Assembly (NCBI GenBank): GCA_049968255.1 | Contig: JBMFRB010000014.1 | Location: 1-39,451, forward strand | Direction: 5' to 3' | DNA from: Candidatus Sumerlaeaceae bacterium | GTDB lineage: Bacteria > Sumerlaeota > Sumerlaeia > Sumerlaeales > Sumerlaeaceae | Length of the DNA stretch: 39,451 nt | In this document: in pieces, positions 27,006 through 37,417 of the stretch | Position numbering within the stretch: the stretch's first letter is position 1 | Layout: every line of letters begins with the position of its first letter | Notes under the pieces: model-generated | Database searches by the model: none | What the model was told of the DNA's origin: nothing | What the model saw: the letters and a program-made list of their open reading frames with translations, nothing else | Made by a program: the position numbers and the translations under genes

Positions 27006-28310
27006 ATGCGACGTTCGATCCTGCAAAACATAGTTCTGTTCGCCTGCTTTGTCGCGTTTTTCTCGGCGGCGGTGACGATCCAGCACAAAAATCTCGAAAA
27101 AGTGAAGCTGAATCCGCCGTTCGTGGAAACATGGCTGCTTTCTGGGCGAAGCGGGGAACTACTCAAGGTGCTGGCGCTACGTTATGACCTTGTGGTGGCA
27201 GATTTTCTGTGGCTGCGCGCTATTCAGTCGTTTGGCGGCCGCGGCATGACGAATCGGGATTGGAAGCCGATCTATAATATGTTCGACACAATCACGGAGC
27301 TCGATCCTTACTTTGAAACGGCGTACACGTTCGGCAACATGGTGATTGGTGACGAAGGGGGACGCCAGCGCGAGGGCCTCGGCTTGCTGAACAAAGGGAT
27401 GTTCCGCCTTGTGCGCCAGTACCGCATTCCGTTCGAGGGGATGTATGTGGCGCACTGGCAAATGGGCGACACGAACCTCGCGCGCTGGTACGGGCGCGTG
27501 GCGATGAAACGCCAGGACGCCCCCAACTGGGTGCCACGCGTCGTGGCCTACATTGAAGTGAAGGCGGGTGCCTATTACATTGGTTTTGATCGCTTTGTGT
27601 CGAACTTTCTCCAGGGGCTGGATGCCAACGATCTCGACATGCAGCGCATCGCGCTAGGCAAGATTCAGGAAGCCATAGACAAGTGGAACAAGGATTACCT
27701 TTTCCGCGCTTATGATGAGTTCACCACCCGCACAGGGCGCCTGCCTCGCGATATCGAGGAACTGGCGGATATGCCAGCGCTCAAAGAATACGAGGTAGCG
27801 CGCATGAGCAAATTTGTAGCCGCGGTGGAGAAACGCGCCCGCGCCATGAACAAGGATTACGCCATCCATCCTGAGCTCCGGAAAGGGATTCCGTGGCCAT
27901 CGCGTGAAGAGCTAGAATCACCACTTCCGCCGGACAGTGGGGCCAAGCCGGGTGCACGGTGGGAAAGCTTGCGCAACGAGATTTTCCGCGATTCGCTGGT
28001 CAAGCAGTCCGGCATTCCGGAAGATCCTTACGCAACGCGCTACGTGATCAACCAGAGTTTCCTCGGCTATGCGTTCGCCAAGAAGGACGACATCATCACT
28101 CACGAAGCGGACCGCGCGGATTTCCTGAAGAATATGCTGCAGGGAGTTCGCCATGCGATCGAGGAGCGCAAGAAAATGCTCCAGCGCAATCCCGAATCGC
28201 TGCGCGAGGTCTTCTACACTGATTTCAACACCACAGAGCCTTATGGGGCAAGCTGGAAGTACGATCCTGCCACAGGCGATTTTCGCTCGACTTCGCATCC
28301 GGATTGGTAA
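27006..28310 (+). CDS. PilG/XapA-like membrane-anchored accessory protein
   Basis: N-terminal TM; VADFLWLRAIQ..G and ITELDPYF..AY; TPR-like helices; GRLPRDIEEL, IPEDPY and EPYGASWKYDP..G; 3 nt after the permease. Family assigned from recalled motifs plus synteny. Confidence 0.65.
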   Translation: MRRSILQNIVLFACFVAFFSAAVTIQHKNLEKVKLNPPFVETWLLSGRSGELLKVLALRYDLVVADFLWLRAIQSFGGRGMTNRDWKPIYNMFDTITELDPYFETAYTFGNMVIGDEGGRQREGLGLLNKGMFRLVRQYRIPFEGMYVAHWQMGDTNLARWYGRVAMKRQDAPNWVPRVVAYIEVKAGAYYIGFDRFVSNFLQGLDANDLDMQRIALGKIQEAIDKWNKDYLFRAYDEFTTRTGRLPRDIEELADMPALKEYEVARMSKFVAAVEKRARAMNKDYAIHPELRKGIPWPSREELESPLPPDSGAKPGARWESLRNEIFRDSLVKQSGIPEDPYATRYVINQSFLGYAFAKKDDIITHEADRADFLKNMLQGVRHAIEERKKMLQRNPESLREVFYTDFNTTEPYGASWKYDPATGDFRSTSHPDW

Positions 28311-28495
28311 ACGGCCCCCAGGGTCTCTTGTGCCAAGCGATGGCGTCCCAACCGTCGTGCCGGTCGCACGTCTGCACGGCTGTGCGCAGGCAGGCGTGAG
28401 CCCTGCCACGAATTGCTTGATCGTGGCTTGGCTAAGGATTTTTCGGCGGGGAATTCTTGACGCCTTCCCATGCTGCTGAGCATGATCTTCTTACT

Positions 28496-29710
28496 ATGGC
28501 GACAGTGATCAAAGTTCCTTCGTTCGGCGAATCGATCACCGAAAGCACAGTGGCGCAGTGGCATAAAGCCGATGGCGATTGGGTGGAAAAAGGCGAAACG
28601 CTGGTCACCCTCGATACAGAAAAATCGTCAGCCGATTTAGAAGCTGAGGTTTCAGGGCGGTTGCGAATTTTGGTCAAAGAAGGAACGGACGTTCCTATTG
28701 GCACCGTCATTGGCGAAATAGATGAGACAGCGACGAAGCCAACGGCGGCGGAGGTGAGTGGTTCACCTGCGTCGCTGGCAAAAGGCGCAGAAGAACATAA
28801 GAAGGCTGTCCAGGAGCTAGCTTCCCTAGAACAGGCGCCGCCGGGCACCGCATTCTCCGTTGCGCCGGAATCGCCATCTGCTCAAAGTGTCGACGAGAAG
28901 AGGGCGTCCGTAGAATCTTGGAAAGCATCAGCGACAGAGTCAGCTGACGAGACCGAGCCCACGCGGGCGCCTATGGCGAAGGAAAAGAGCCTGGGGTTAT
29001 CGTACGGCGAGCGCAGCATCACGCGCAAACCCATGAGCCGTCTTCGCAAAACCATTGCGCGACGCCTGCTCGAGGCGCGGCAGCAGACGGCCATGTTGAC
29101 GACGTTCGCTGAGGTGGACATGTCCGCTGTCCTGTCCTTGCGCGCACGCTATCAGGACACGTTTCTTGCCCGCCACGGTGTGAAGCTCGGCCTTATGTCA
29201 TTTTTTGTGAAGGCGGTTATCGAGGGGCTACGTGCCTTCCCCGAGCTCAATGCAAGTCTTGAGGGCGATGATATTGTTTACCACCATTATTATGATATTT
29301 CGATAGCAGTGAGCACTGATCGCGGTCTTGTGGTGCCAGTTCTGCGCGATGCTGACAAGAAAAGCTTTGCCGAAATCGAAAAGGAAATCGCTGAGCTTGC
29401 CGCGCGGGCCCGTGAGAATAAGCTCGCCCTGACGGAGCTTGAAGGAGGCACATTCACCATCACCAACGGCGGAATTTTTGGCTCCTTGCTTTCCACGCCG
29501 TTGCTGAATCCGCCTCAGGTGGGTATTCTGGGGATGCATGCCATTGCGGATCGCCCGGTCGCGATTGAGGGGCGCGTCGAAATTCGCCCCATGATGTATC
29601 TGGCTTTGAGTTATGACCATCGCCTGATTGATGGGCGCGAGGCCGTACAATTCCTTGGGCGAGTCAAGGAATGTGTCGCCGCACCGGAGCGACTCGTGCT
29701 TGGGTTGTGA
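28496..29710 (+). CDS. sucB: 2-oxoglutarate dehydrogenase E2 (dihydrolipoamide succinyltransferase)
   Basis: Lipoyl domain [10 protein letters not shown]...DTEKSS; [25 protein letters not shown]; KLGLMSFF; [19 protein letters not shown]. Confidence 0.92.
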   Translation: MATVIKVPSFGESITESTVAQWHKADGDWVEKGETLVTLDTEKSSADLEAEVSGRLRILVKEGTDVPIGTVIGEIDETATKPTAAEVSGSPASLAKGAEEHKKAVQELASLEQAPPGTAFSVAPESPSAQSVDEKRASVESWKASATESADETEPTRAPMAKEKSLGLSYGERSITRKPMSRLRKTIARRLLEARQQTAMLTTFAEVDMSAVLSLRARYQDTFLARHGVKLGLMSFFVKAVIEGLRAFPELNASLEGDDIVYHHYYDISIAVSTDRGLVVPVLRDADKKSFAEIEKEIAELAARARENKLALTELEGGTFTITNGGIFGSLLSTPLLNPPQVGILGMHAIADRPVAIEGRVEIRPMMYLALSYDHRLIDGREAVQFLGRVKECVAAPERLVLGL

Positions 29711-29800
29711 AGCTGAACTCTTTGCGTTGTGCCTAAGAGGACACGCAGCTCCTTGTCGGCACACCGATGAAAATCTCGCTGCAACGGGAAAGGAGCGGGC

Positions 29801-31945
29801 ATGACTTCGTTCTACGACCTTGTCCTTGTCCTCGTTGCAGTGTTGGCTGTTGGTCTGCTCGCGGAGCGCTTGCGCGTTCCTCTGCTCACTGTCTACCTCG
29901 CCGCAGGGATCGTGCTGGGCCCTGCCGGCTTGGGTTACTTGGCTCCGCACGAGGTTTTCACTTCTCTGGGTTCGCTCGGCGTGAGTCTTTTTCTCTTTTC
30001 CATCGCCCTGACGCTGGATCTGCGCACCTTCCGCTTCTTGGGGGTTCGCGCCTTGGCCGCGGGTCTCGGGCAAATCGTCGTGACGGCGGTGGCTGCATGG
30101 TGGCTTGGCGTTGTGGTAGGACTTCGCGCTCCAACGCTTTGGCTGATCGTTTGCGTGCTTGTGATCTCAAGTACAGTCGTTGTGCTCAAGGTGCTGGCTT
30201 CGAAGAAAGAACTGGAATCGCTTCATGGACAGTTAGCGGTGGCCATCAGTATCCTGCAGGATCTTGCGGTGGTTCTTGCGCTGGTGTGGCTCACGGCGTC
30301 GTGGGGAAGGGGGGCCGCTGGTGATAACTGGCCGAAAGCCAGCAAGCTCGTGCTGGGCCTTTTGGTCTTGGTTGGGGGCTATACCGTGGGGACCCAAGTG
30401 GTGCTCCGATTGCTTCAACACACGCTGCGCAATGTTGAGCTCCAGCTCGTCGCTGTTTTAGCCCTCGCTGCGGGCTACGCTGCGGTATCGTCCGCCCTAG
30501 GATTTAGCAGAGAGTTGGGAGCATTCATTGCTGGTTTGTCAGTGGCGGCCAGTCCGTACAAGGACAGCGTGAGTAGCCGTCTCCTCCCGCTGCGTGATTT
30601 TCTTCTGCTTTTCTTCTTCCTCGATCTGGGCACGCGCGTTTCTCTCACAGGGCTACGCGAGACGGCGTTTCTGGCTCTGGTCCTGAGCAGTTTTGCTCTG
30701 GTCGTGAAGCCAGCTATTCTTTTGGCGCTGCTTGTGGCACTGCGTTATTCTTTGCGGACTTCCTTTCTCACCGCTGTGGCTATGGGGCAAGTGAGTGAGT
30801 TTTCGTTTTTGCTCGCTGGGGTCGCTGCCGAGGTCGGCGTGGCGGACGAACACCTGCTCTCGCTGGTGGCAACGGTGGGTGTGTGCACGTTCCTCATTTC
30901 TCCACTGCTCATCGAAAAGAGCGAAGTCCTTTACGCAGCCGTAGCGCCACGGTTGGAACGCGCTCTCGGTAAATCGGATGAGTTTGAGTATCAGGCTGCG
31001 CCACGTGCTGCAGAGAGCTACAGTGTGGTGTGTTTTGGGCTTGGCCGCTATGGCTTGGCTCTGGTGAGGCGTCTGGCTGATCGGGGACATCGCGTGCTGG
31101 GGGTGGATTTTGACCCCCTCGCGCTTCGGCGTGCCAAAGCGGCCGGCGTTGATGTTGTCTATGGCGACGCCGACGATGAAGAGCTTTACGAGCGCTTGCC
31201 ACTCCGTGAGGCCAAGTGGGTGGTGTGTACGGTGCGCAGCAGCGATGTGGCTGAGGCTGTTTTGCGAGGTCTGCGGCGATCTGGCTGGACAGGGCACGTG
31301 GCGCTGGCCGCCGAGAACGATGAGCAGGAGGCGCAGTATGAGCGTGCCGGTGCCCACGTCATCCTCCGCCCTTACGAAGACGGTGCGGAACTCGCCGCGG
31401 AGGCAATCACCGATGCGGCCGATTTACGCTTGAGTTTGGCCAACTGGGCCGTGTGTTTCCGGGAGATTCGGCTGAGCGCCGATTCGATTCAAGTCGGACG
31501 TACGATCGCTGAGATTTCCTTGCGCAGCCAAACCGGCGCCACCATTGTGGCGGTAAGTCGTGGCGGCCGCGCCATCTTCGATCCTCCGCCCGAAACGCAA
31601 CTTTTTCCCAACGATCGGTTGCTAGTCATGGGGCGAAAGGAAGAGCTCGAGCGCGCAGAGGATTTCTTTGACCAACGCCATCAGCCAGCCGAAGATGACA
31701 ATCATTTTGAAATTGCGCGGTTTGTTGTTGAACCGCAGGCAGAAGTTGCCGACCGAACGCTAGCGCAGAGTAGCTTTCGCCGCCGCTATGGACTGACTGT
31801 CGTGGGACTCGAGCGTGGCGCTCAGAAGATTGTCTTGCCTTCGCCCGAGCAAAACGTCTGTGCAGGCGACGTCCTGGTGGTGATTGGTCTGGCCGAGACG
31901 GTTTCTCGCCTGGCAAGCATTCCGGGGTTCCGCCGCATCGAGTGA
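29801..31945 (+). CDS. CPA2 (Kef-like) cation:proton antiporter with RCK-N and two RCK-C domains
   Basis: Polytopic N-half with ISSTVVVLKVL, ILQDL, LGAFIAG, GQVSEFSF; GLGRYG...VYGDA (RCK-N); LRSQTGATIVAVSRG and FRRRYGLTVVGLERG (RCK-C). AAGGAG RBS. Confidence 0.92.
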   Translation: MTSFYDLVLVLVAVLAVGLLAERLRVPLLTVYLAAGIVLGPAGLGYLAPHEVFTSLGSLGVSLFLFSIALTLDLRTFRFLGVRALAAGLGQIVVTAVAAWWLGVVVGLRAPTLWLIVCVLVISSTVVVLKVLASKKELESLHGQLAVAISILQDLAVVLALVWLTASWGRGAAGDNWPKASKLVLGLLVLVGGYTVGTQVVLRLLQHTLRNVELQLVAVLALAAGYAAVSSALGFSRELGAFIAGLSVAASPYKDSVSSRLLPLRDFLLLFFFLDLGTRVSLTGLRETAFLALVLSSFALVVKPAILLALLVALRYSLRTSFLTAVAMGQVSEFSFLLAGVAAEVGVADEHLLSLVATVGVCTFLISPLLIEKSEVLYAAVAPRLERALGKSDEFEYQAAPRAAESYSVVCFGLGRYGLALVRRLADRGHRVLGVDFDPLALRRAKAAGVDVVYGDADDEELYERLPLREAKWVVCTVRSSDVAEAVLRGLRRSGWTGHVALAAENDEQEAQYERAGAHVILRPYEDGAELAAEAITDAADLRLSLANWAVCFREIRLSADSIQVGRTIAEISLRSQTGATIVAVSRGGRAIFDPPPETQLFPNDRLLVMGRKEELERAEDFFDQRHQPAEDDNHFEIARFVVEPQAEVADRTLAQSSFRRRYGLTVVGLERGAQKIVLPSPEQNVCAGDVLVVIGLAETVSRLASIPGFRRIE

Positions 31946-32048
31946 GATTTTGCGGGCAAGTCTCGTTTGTCGGTCTATCGCACGAAGGTGCGCCACCCAA
32001 ACACCGTGAGGCGTTCTTTGATAAGAAAAACATTTTGATGTTTAGGCA

Positions 32049-32750
32049 TCATGCCTGCTTTTCGTGGCCTGTGTGGCAACACTTCTGTGCGTGCTGGCTG
32101 ACCCATTGTTGGAGGCGGTCCGCAGAAACCTCTTCTAAGGAACGGACCACGACGTCCGCGTAAGGTTGAAGTTTCTCGGGCGGAAACGTATTGGCCACGG
32201 CTAGCGCCAGCCCACGCGCTGCGCGAGCCGCTTTGAGCCCGTTGATGGAATCCTCGATGATGGCGCAATGCTCAGGTGGAAGGCCGAGCCGCTGGGCTGC
32301 ACAGAGAAAAATTTCGGGGTTGGGTTTGCCGCGATGAAAATCTTCTCCGCTTACGATCAGCGGGAAAAGGGACTCGATGCCCGCGCTGCGTAGGTTGAAA
32401 AGAATTTTCTCGCGCGAGCCAGAGCTGGCCAAGGCGTAAGAAATACCACGCTCGCGTAATTGGGCAATGAGCTCACGCACACCGGGAAATGGTCGCAAGG
32501 GCTCGCGTCGAGCGAGTTCAAAATAGAGTTCTTTCTTTCGTGCTGAGAAACGCTCGAGATCCAGATCTGCGTGGTAAATTTCGCGCATGGCCCGAATGAT
32601 GTCTGCATCGGTCAGGCCGCAATACTGCCAATCGTCCTCCTCGCGCAGGTTCACGCCCTGTTCGCGAATGGCCTGGCGATAGGCAAGAAGGCTAATGTGC
32701 TCGCTGTCCACGAGCACGCCGTCGTTGTCGAAGATGACACCAAATTTCAC
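32049..32750 (-). CDS. HAD-family phosphatase, beta-PGM/CbbY-like
   Basis: VIFDNDGVLVDSE, LASSG, GKPNPEIF, IEDSINGLKAA; GTG start overlaps the rseP stop (GTGA). Confidence 0.9.
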   Translation of the reverse strand: MKFGVIFDNDGVLVDSEHISLLAYRQAIREQGVNLREEDDWQYCGLTDADIIRAMREIYHADLDLERFSARKKELYFELARREPLRPFPGVRELIAQLRERGISYALASSGSREKILFNLRSAGIESLFPLIVSGEDFHRGKPNPEIFLCAAQRLGLPPEHCAIIEDSINGLKAARAARGLALAVANTFPPEKLQPYADVVVRSLEEVSADRLQQWVSQHAQKCCHTGHEKQA

Positions 32751-34333
32751 AGCACGCGCCACGAGTTCATCACGATATCGTTGAAAGTCACTGCCACAGC
32801 GAGCGCGATGAGCAAGATAATAAATGTCTGGTAGATGCGTGCGAGAAACCATGCGGGCAATGGCCGTCGGATAATGGCTTCGATTGTGGCGAAGAGGATA
32901 TGGCCGCCGTCGAAGACAGGCAGCGGCAGAAGGTTCGTCACGGCCAGGATGATGTTGAACATCGCGAAGAAGTCGAAGAACCACTTCCATCCGCGCTTGG
33001 CTGCGTCGTAACCAAAGCGCGAGATAGCGACCGGTCCTCCCACGTTTTCGCGCACGGTTTGGAAGTTCGAGCGCAAGATATCGCCAATCGTGTATACGTA
33101 GCCGGTGGCGATGACCCATGTGCGGGTGAATGCGTGAACAAGGGCTTTGTGTGGCGGGAGTTGGAACTTCTCCGTGAGCGGCTGGCTGAAGACGATGCCA
33201 ATCTGGCCGCGCGTGGGCTTCTCGGGGTCGGGGCGAACAGGCACTGCAACCGTGATGCGTTCCTTGCGATGCTCTTTGGTCGGGCGCTCCACCGTGACTT
33301 TAATCTCTTTGTTCAGAGATTTGCGGATGTATTCGGTGGCCTGAAGGCGTGTGGCGATTGGCTGATCATCAATGGCCACAATCATGTCGCCAGGCTGAAG
33401 ACCTGCCTTATCTGCGGGAAGATTTGGCAGGACCATGCCGATAAATGGAGCGGAACGCGGTTCGCAGGCCAACGCCGGCCAATGATAGCCAGCCGCGGCG
33501 ATCGGATGCACGTCGAGCTCGCGTACCTCTTCGCCTCGTGCGATCTTGACGGGGATCGCCTGACGCACTCCAAGGGCACGTTCAGCGATGTTGGCTGCGT
33601 CGGTCACACTGCGCACGCGGCGTCCGTCCACGGCCACAAGGCGATCTTCATCGGGCGAGAAATTCGGAATCAGCCATGCGCGCACAAGCAGCGATTGTGT
33701 GGTAGCGTCGCGCTCTAGCGTCACGGGGACCGCTTTCGCCTTGTAGGCGCCGGCGTAGCGAGAGAATTCATTCAGAAAATCGACGTAACTTTTTATCGAT
33801 TTATCACTGACAGCGACAACCCGATCGTTTGCTCGCAGCTCCACGCTGTCGGCGACAGCGGGGTCGATTTTTTCGATGTGGGCCGGGATTGGAGAGGGCG
33901 CCTTGTAGCCGATGAGCGCCATGAGGAAGAAAACCACCACGGCCGTGAGCAGGTTGTTAATGCAGCCCGCACTGAAAATGAGCAACTTTTGCCAGTAGGG
34001 CTTTCTTCGCAACGCCTGCATTTCTTCGAGCACGGAATTGCTGAGCGATGCAGCTGGTTTCCCCGCGCTATCGTCGCCTTTCTCGCCGAGCATTGCTTCG
34101 ACGTCCGGCGAAAGCACACCACGCAATTTCACGTAGCCGCCAAAGGGAATGGCGCTGAGGCAATACTCGGTTTCGCCCCAACGACGCCGCCACAGCTTGC
34201 GCCCAAAACCGATACTAAACGTCTCCACGCCGACGCCGAAGAGCTTCGCGAAAAAGAAGTGGCCGAACTCGTGAACGAAGATAGCCACGGAGAAAAGAAC
34301 AATAATGCCTAAAATGCCACGCAGGAATTCCAT
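32747..34333 (-). CDS. rseP: RIP zinc metalloprotease RseP with PDZ domains
   Basis: VHEFGHF, FSIGFG, SAIPFGGYVKL, PDZ-like segments, GGPV, NLLPLPVFDGGH. Confidence 0.95.
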   Translation of the reverse strand: MEFLRGILGIIVLFSVAIFVHEFGHFFFAKLFGVGVETFSIGFGRKLWRRRWGETEYCLSAIPFGGYVKLRGVLSPDVEAMLGEKGDDSAGKPAASLSNSVLEEMQALRRKPYWQKLLIFSAGCINNLLTAVVVFFLMALIGYKAPSPIPAHIEKIDPAVADSVELRANDRVVAVSDKSIKSYVDFLNEFSRYAGAYKAKAVPVTLERDATTQSLLVRAWLIPNFSPDEDRLVAVDGRRVRSVTDAANIAERALGVRQAIPVKIARGEEVRELDVHPIAAAGYHWPALACEPRSAPFIGMVLPNLPADKAGLQPGDMIVAIDDQPIATRLQATEYIRKSLNKEIKVTVERPTKEHRKERITVAVPVRPDPEKPTRGQIGIVFSQPLTEKFQLPPHKALVHAFTRTWVIATGYVYTIGDILRSNFQTVRENVGGPVAISRFGYDAAKRGWKWFFDFFAMFNIILAVTNLLPLPVFDGGHILFATIEAIIRRPLPAWFLARIYQTFIILLIALAVAVTFNDIVMNSWRVL

Positions 34334-34507
34334 CGCCAAAGAATTAGCCTCGAAGGGGGCACCTTGTTCGCGAGAAAATCCCGCCGCCGGCAGCGGCTGC
34401 CTCGCGCACTGAATGGCGAGACGAGTAAAAAACACATACGCTCCCTGCAGCCAGCAAGGAGCGCATGAACAGACCCGCGTAAATGTGCAGGCAATGCGGC
34501 CAGGCTT

Positions 34508-35551
34508 TTAGCCGCGTTTCGACTCTTTTTTCCCGGGCGCTTTGGCTTTTGCCTCGCCCTTCTGACCGAGCCAGCTCATCATCGAGCGGAGCTGCTCGCC
34601 GACCTTCTCGATCGGGTGCTCAAGTCCCTGCTTTTTCAGCGCACGATAGACGGGCCGGCCGGCTTGATTCTCGAGGATCCATTCGCGTGCGAATTCGCCG
34701 CGCTGGATCTCGCCGAGAATTTTGCGCATCTCGGCCACCACGTTTTCGTTGATGATACGTGGTCCGCGCGTAAGATCGCCGTATTCGGCCGTATCGCTGA
34801 TCGAGTAGCGCATGTTGGAGATGCCTTTTTCATAGATGAGATCCACGATGAGTTTCACTTCGTGGCAGCACTCAAAGTAGGCGATCTCGGGCTGATAGCC
34901 GGCGTTGACAAGTGTTTCAAAGCCCTTCATGATAAGCTGGGTGAGTCCGCCGCAGAGAACCACTTGTTCGCCAAAGAGGTCGGTTTCGGTCTCTTCTTTG
35001 AAAGTAGTTTCGAGAACACCCGCGCGAGTGGCGCCGATGGCGCGTGCGTGTGCCAGAGCCAGTTGTTTGGCTTTGCCCGTTGCGTCCTGCTGGATAGCGA
35101 TGAGTGCAGGCACTCCACCACCCTCGACAAAGACGCGTCGCACGAGATGCCCTGGCCCTTTTGGGGCCACCATGTAAACATCTACGTCGGGCGGCGGCAC
35201 GATGGTGCCGAAATGAATGTTGAAGCCGTGCGACCAGACAAGCGCTTTACCGGGTTTGAGTCCTTGCTTGATTTCCGCCTGGTAGACCTTGGGCTGGAGC
35301 TCGTCGGGAAGGAGGATCTGAATGACGTCGGCTTTGGCCGCAGCATCCGCCGCACTTAGCGGCTTGAAACCGTGCGATTTCGCCAGATCGTAATTTGGTG
35401 TACCGGCCAGTTCGGCCACCAGCACTTCGACGCCGCTGTCGCGCATGTTTTGCGCCTGGGCGTGGCCCTGGCTACCATAGCCAATGATGGCCACTTTTTT
35501 TCCGCGCAAGGGCTCCAAGCTGGCGTCCTTGTCGTAGTACATCTGCACCAT
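34508..35551 (-). CDS. ilvC: Ketol-acid reductoisomerase
   Basis: [58 protein letters not shown]. Confidence 0.98.
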   Translation of the reverse strand: MVQMYYDKDASLEPLRGKKVAIIGYGSQGHAQAQNMRDSGVEVLVAELAGTPNYDLAKSHGFKPLSAADAAAKADVIQILLPDELQPKVYQAEIKQGLKPGKALVWSHGFNIHFGTIVPPPDVDVYMVAPKGPGHLVRRVFVEGGGVPALIAIQQDATGKAKQLALAHARAIGATRAGVLETTFKEETETDLFGEQVVLCGGLTQLIMKGFETLVNAGYQPEIAYFECCHEVKLIVDLIYEKGISNMRYSISDTAEYGDLTRGPRIINENVVAEMRKILGEIQRGEFAREWILENQAGRPVYRALKKQGLEHPIEKVGEQLRSMMSWLGQKGEAKAKAPGKKESKRG

Positions 35552-35714
35552 GAGAAAAGATTTCCTTTCCTAAAATCGTTATTGATTCACCGTGAAGACC
35601 GGTCTGCTGCGGTGTCAAAGAATTTTGTGGCACCCATAAGCGAGGGACAATACTCTGCGGCGGCAGCGCGTGATGGCCGCGTCATGATGTGGCGGGGCGA
35701 TGCGACGAGGAACA

Positions 35715-37145
35715 TCAGTTGCGCACCTGCTCGGCAATCCAGCGTTCCTGAACTTTTTTCAGAGCGATGCCGTACACTTTTTCGAAGGCGGTGTCGAAAT
35801 CCTCTTCGCTGTTTGCAGCCATGCGCGCCAGCCATTGGCGCAGCTTCTCCGCGCTGTAGCGTTGGCGCAGCGCCGCGAGAAAATATTTCGACAGCAGGTA
35901 AGCCTGCTCGGCTTCTGCCTTCGAGCGAAAATCGCGGAACGAATCGCGCAGCGCTTCAAAGGTGAGATCGCCATTGGCCAGCACCGCGCGCATGCGTTTC
36001 TGCTCACGCTCGTTTTGGGAGAATTGGGGCTCCATGAGCTGGGCTAGTCCCTCGTGGAACCAGGCCGGCAATGCTTGGCGGATGTTCATTGCCAGCAGCG
36101 CATGCGTGTATTCGTGAAAGAGAAGATCGCGCACCTGGGCGGGCGTGTTTTGCATGTCCTCGGCTTTCAGGCGCATTTTGCCATCGTAGATGCCTGTGGC
36201 CCAGCCTGGCAGTGCCGAGATACGGTAAAAATCGTCAGCATGGTAGATTTTTACATTCACGCTGCGCGTGGGGCGTAGCCCCAGCGTTTGCGAGAGCGTG
36301 TCGTGCGCATCGTCGAGCATGGCCAAGACATCCTGAATGCTCACGCCCGCGGAGTAGGGCACATATTGCACGCGAAACCGGCCCAGCCGGTCGCGAATCT
36401 CACGCAGTTGATCCTCTACCTTCGATTCTTTTTCAATCATCGAAAGGCGTGAATCGAGGTAATCGCCGTGTTCCTTGGCCAGGTTGCGAGCCGCCGAGTA
36501 AAACTGTTTAGCTGTGGCATAATCGTTGATATCATAGGCGATGTCGCCCAGATAGATCATCGCCACCGCATTTTTCGGATTGAGGGCCAGCGCCTGACGG
36601 AATGTCTCCGCTGCCGAATCCAGCTTGTTTGCCTTGAGCAGCTCCGAGCCCCAGACTGTCAGCAATCCCGCGTAGTTCGAGCGGATGCTTTGGCCGATAC
36701 TTTCATCCTGCAATTTGTTCAGCCACTTTGCGGCTTGCTCGAAAAATTGCTGGGCCTTGAGGAATTCCTGCGATTTCGAATGGGCCACGCCAAGGTTGTT
36801 GAGCGTGGCCACGAGGTTGCGCACCACGATGGCGTTATCCGGTTCGATGGCCAGGGCGCGCTCGTAAAACGCGATAGCTTCAGCTTCTTTGCCCTGTTGT
36901 TCGAGGTCGAGCGCTTTTGAATTAAAGGCCACGGCAAGGTTGTGGCGGATGACCGGATCGTCGGGTTTGGCATCGCGCGCCTGACTCAAGTACTCGATGG
37001 CGCGGTCGTATTGCTTTTGCTCGAGCGCTTGGATGGCGATGTTGTTCTTTTGGATGGGCTCGTACATCCTCATGGCGTAAGGCAGGCTCGCCACCGCGGC
37101 CACGAGCAGCACGACGTAAAGGCCATGCAGCAACCACTTGCTCAT
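35715..37145 (-). CDS. Membrane-anchored TPR protein with C-terminal peptidase MA-like (gluzincin) domain
   Basis: N-terminal TM (start MSKWLLHG at 37145); several TPRs; WATGIYDGKMRL; LFHEYTHA...PAWFHEGLAQ. Confidence 0.85.
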   Translation of the reverse strand: MSKWLLHGLYVVLLVAAVASLPYAMRMYEPIQKNNIAIQALEQKQYDRAIEYLSQARDAKPDDPVIRHNLAVAFNSKALDLEQQGKEAEAIAFYERALAIEPDNAIVVRNLVATLNNLGVAHSKSQEFLKAQQFFEQAAKWLNKLQDESIGQSIRSNYAGLLTVWGSELLKANKLDSAAETFRQALALNPKNAVAMIYLGDIAYDINDYATAKQFYSAARNLAKEHGDYLDSRLSMIEKESKVEDQLREIRDRLGRFRVQYVPYSAGVSIQDVLAMLDDAHDTLSQTLGLRPTRSVNVKIYHADDFYRISALPGWATGIYDGKMRLKAEDMQNTPAQVRDLLFHEYTHALLAMNIRQALPAWFHEGLAQLMEPQFSQNEREQKRMRAVLANGDLTFEALRDSFRDFRSKAEAEQAYLLSKYFLAALRQRYSAEKLRQWLARMAANSEEDFDTAFEKVYGIALKKVQERWIAEQVRN

Positions 37146-37417
37146 GTGCAAGAAAAACAGTCCTTGCTGCGTATTTATTTCTCCAAGGCAGCGACTGTAG
37201 CTGCGATGTACGCGCGTAGGGAGGCCGAGGTGCCGCACTCCCGGCACACGGCATGGCCACGGTGCGCGGGGCAACGGCAACTTTCCCGCCCACCCTCTCC
37301 CCAGGCACATGCTTGCGCCGCCAGCATCTCCGGCGTTTCTCACGGCTAAGTAAGAATGCGGCGGGAGCAGTCAGTGAATCGGGGCGGGACGCCACGAGAG
37401 CTCCGCTGCGACGGCTC

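Noticed and set aside
35564-35591. dif-like left arm CTTTCCTAAAA upstream of ilvC
   Set aside because: Right arm does not match TTATGT, and the sequence overlaps the ilvC RBS on the other strand.
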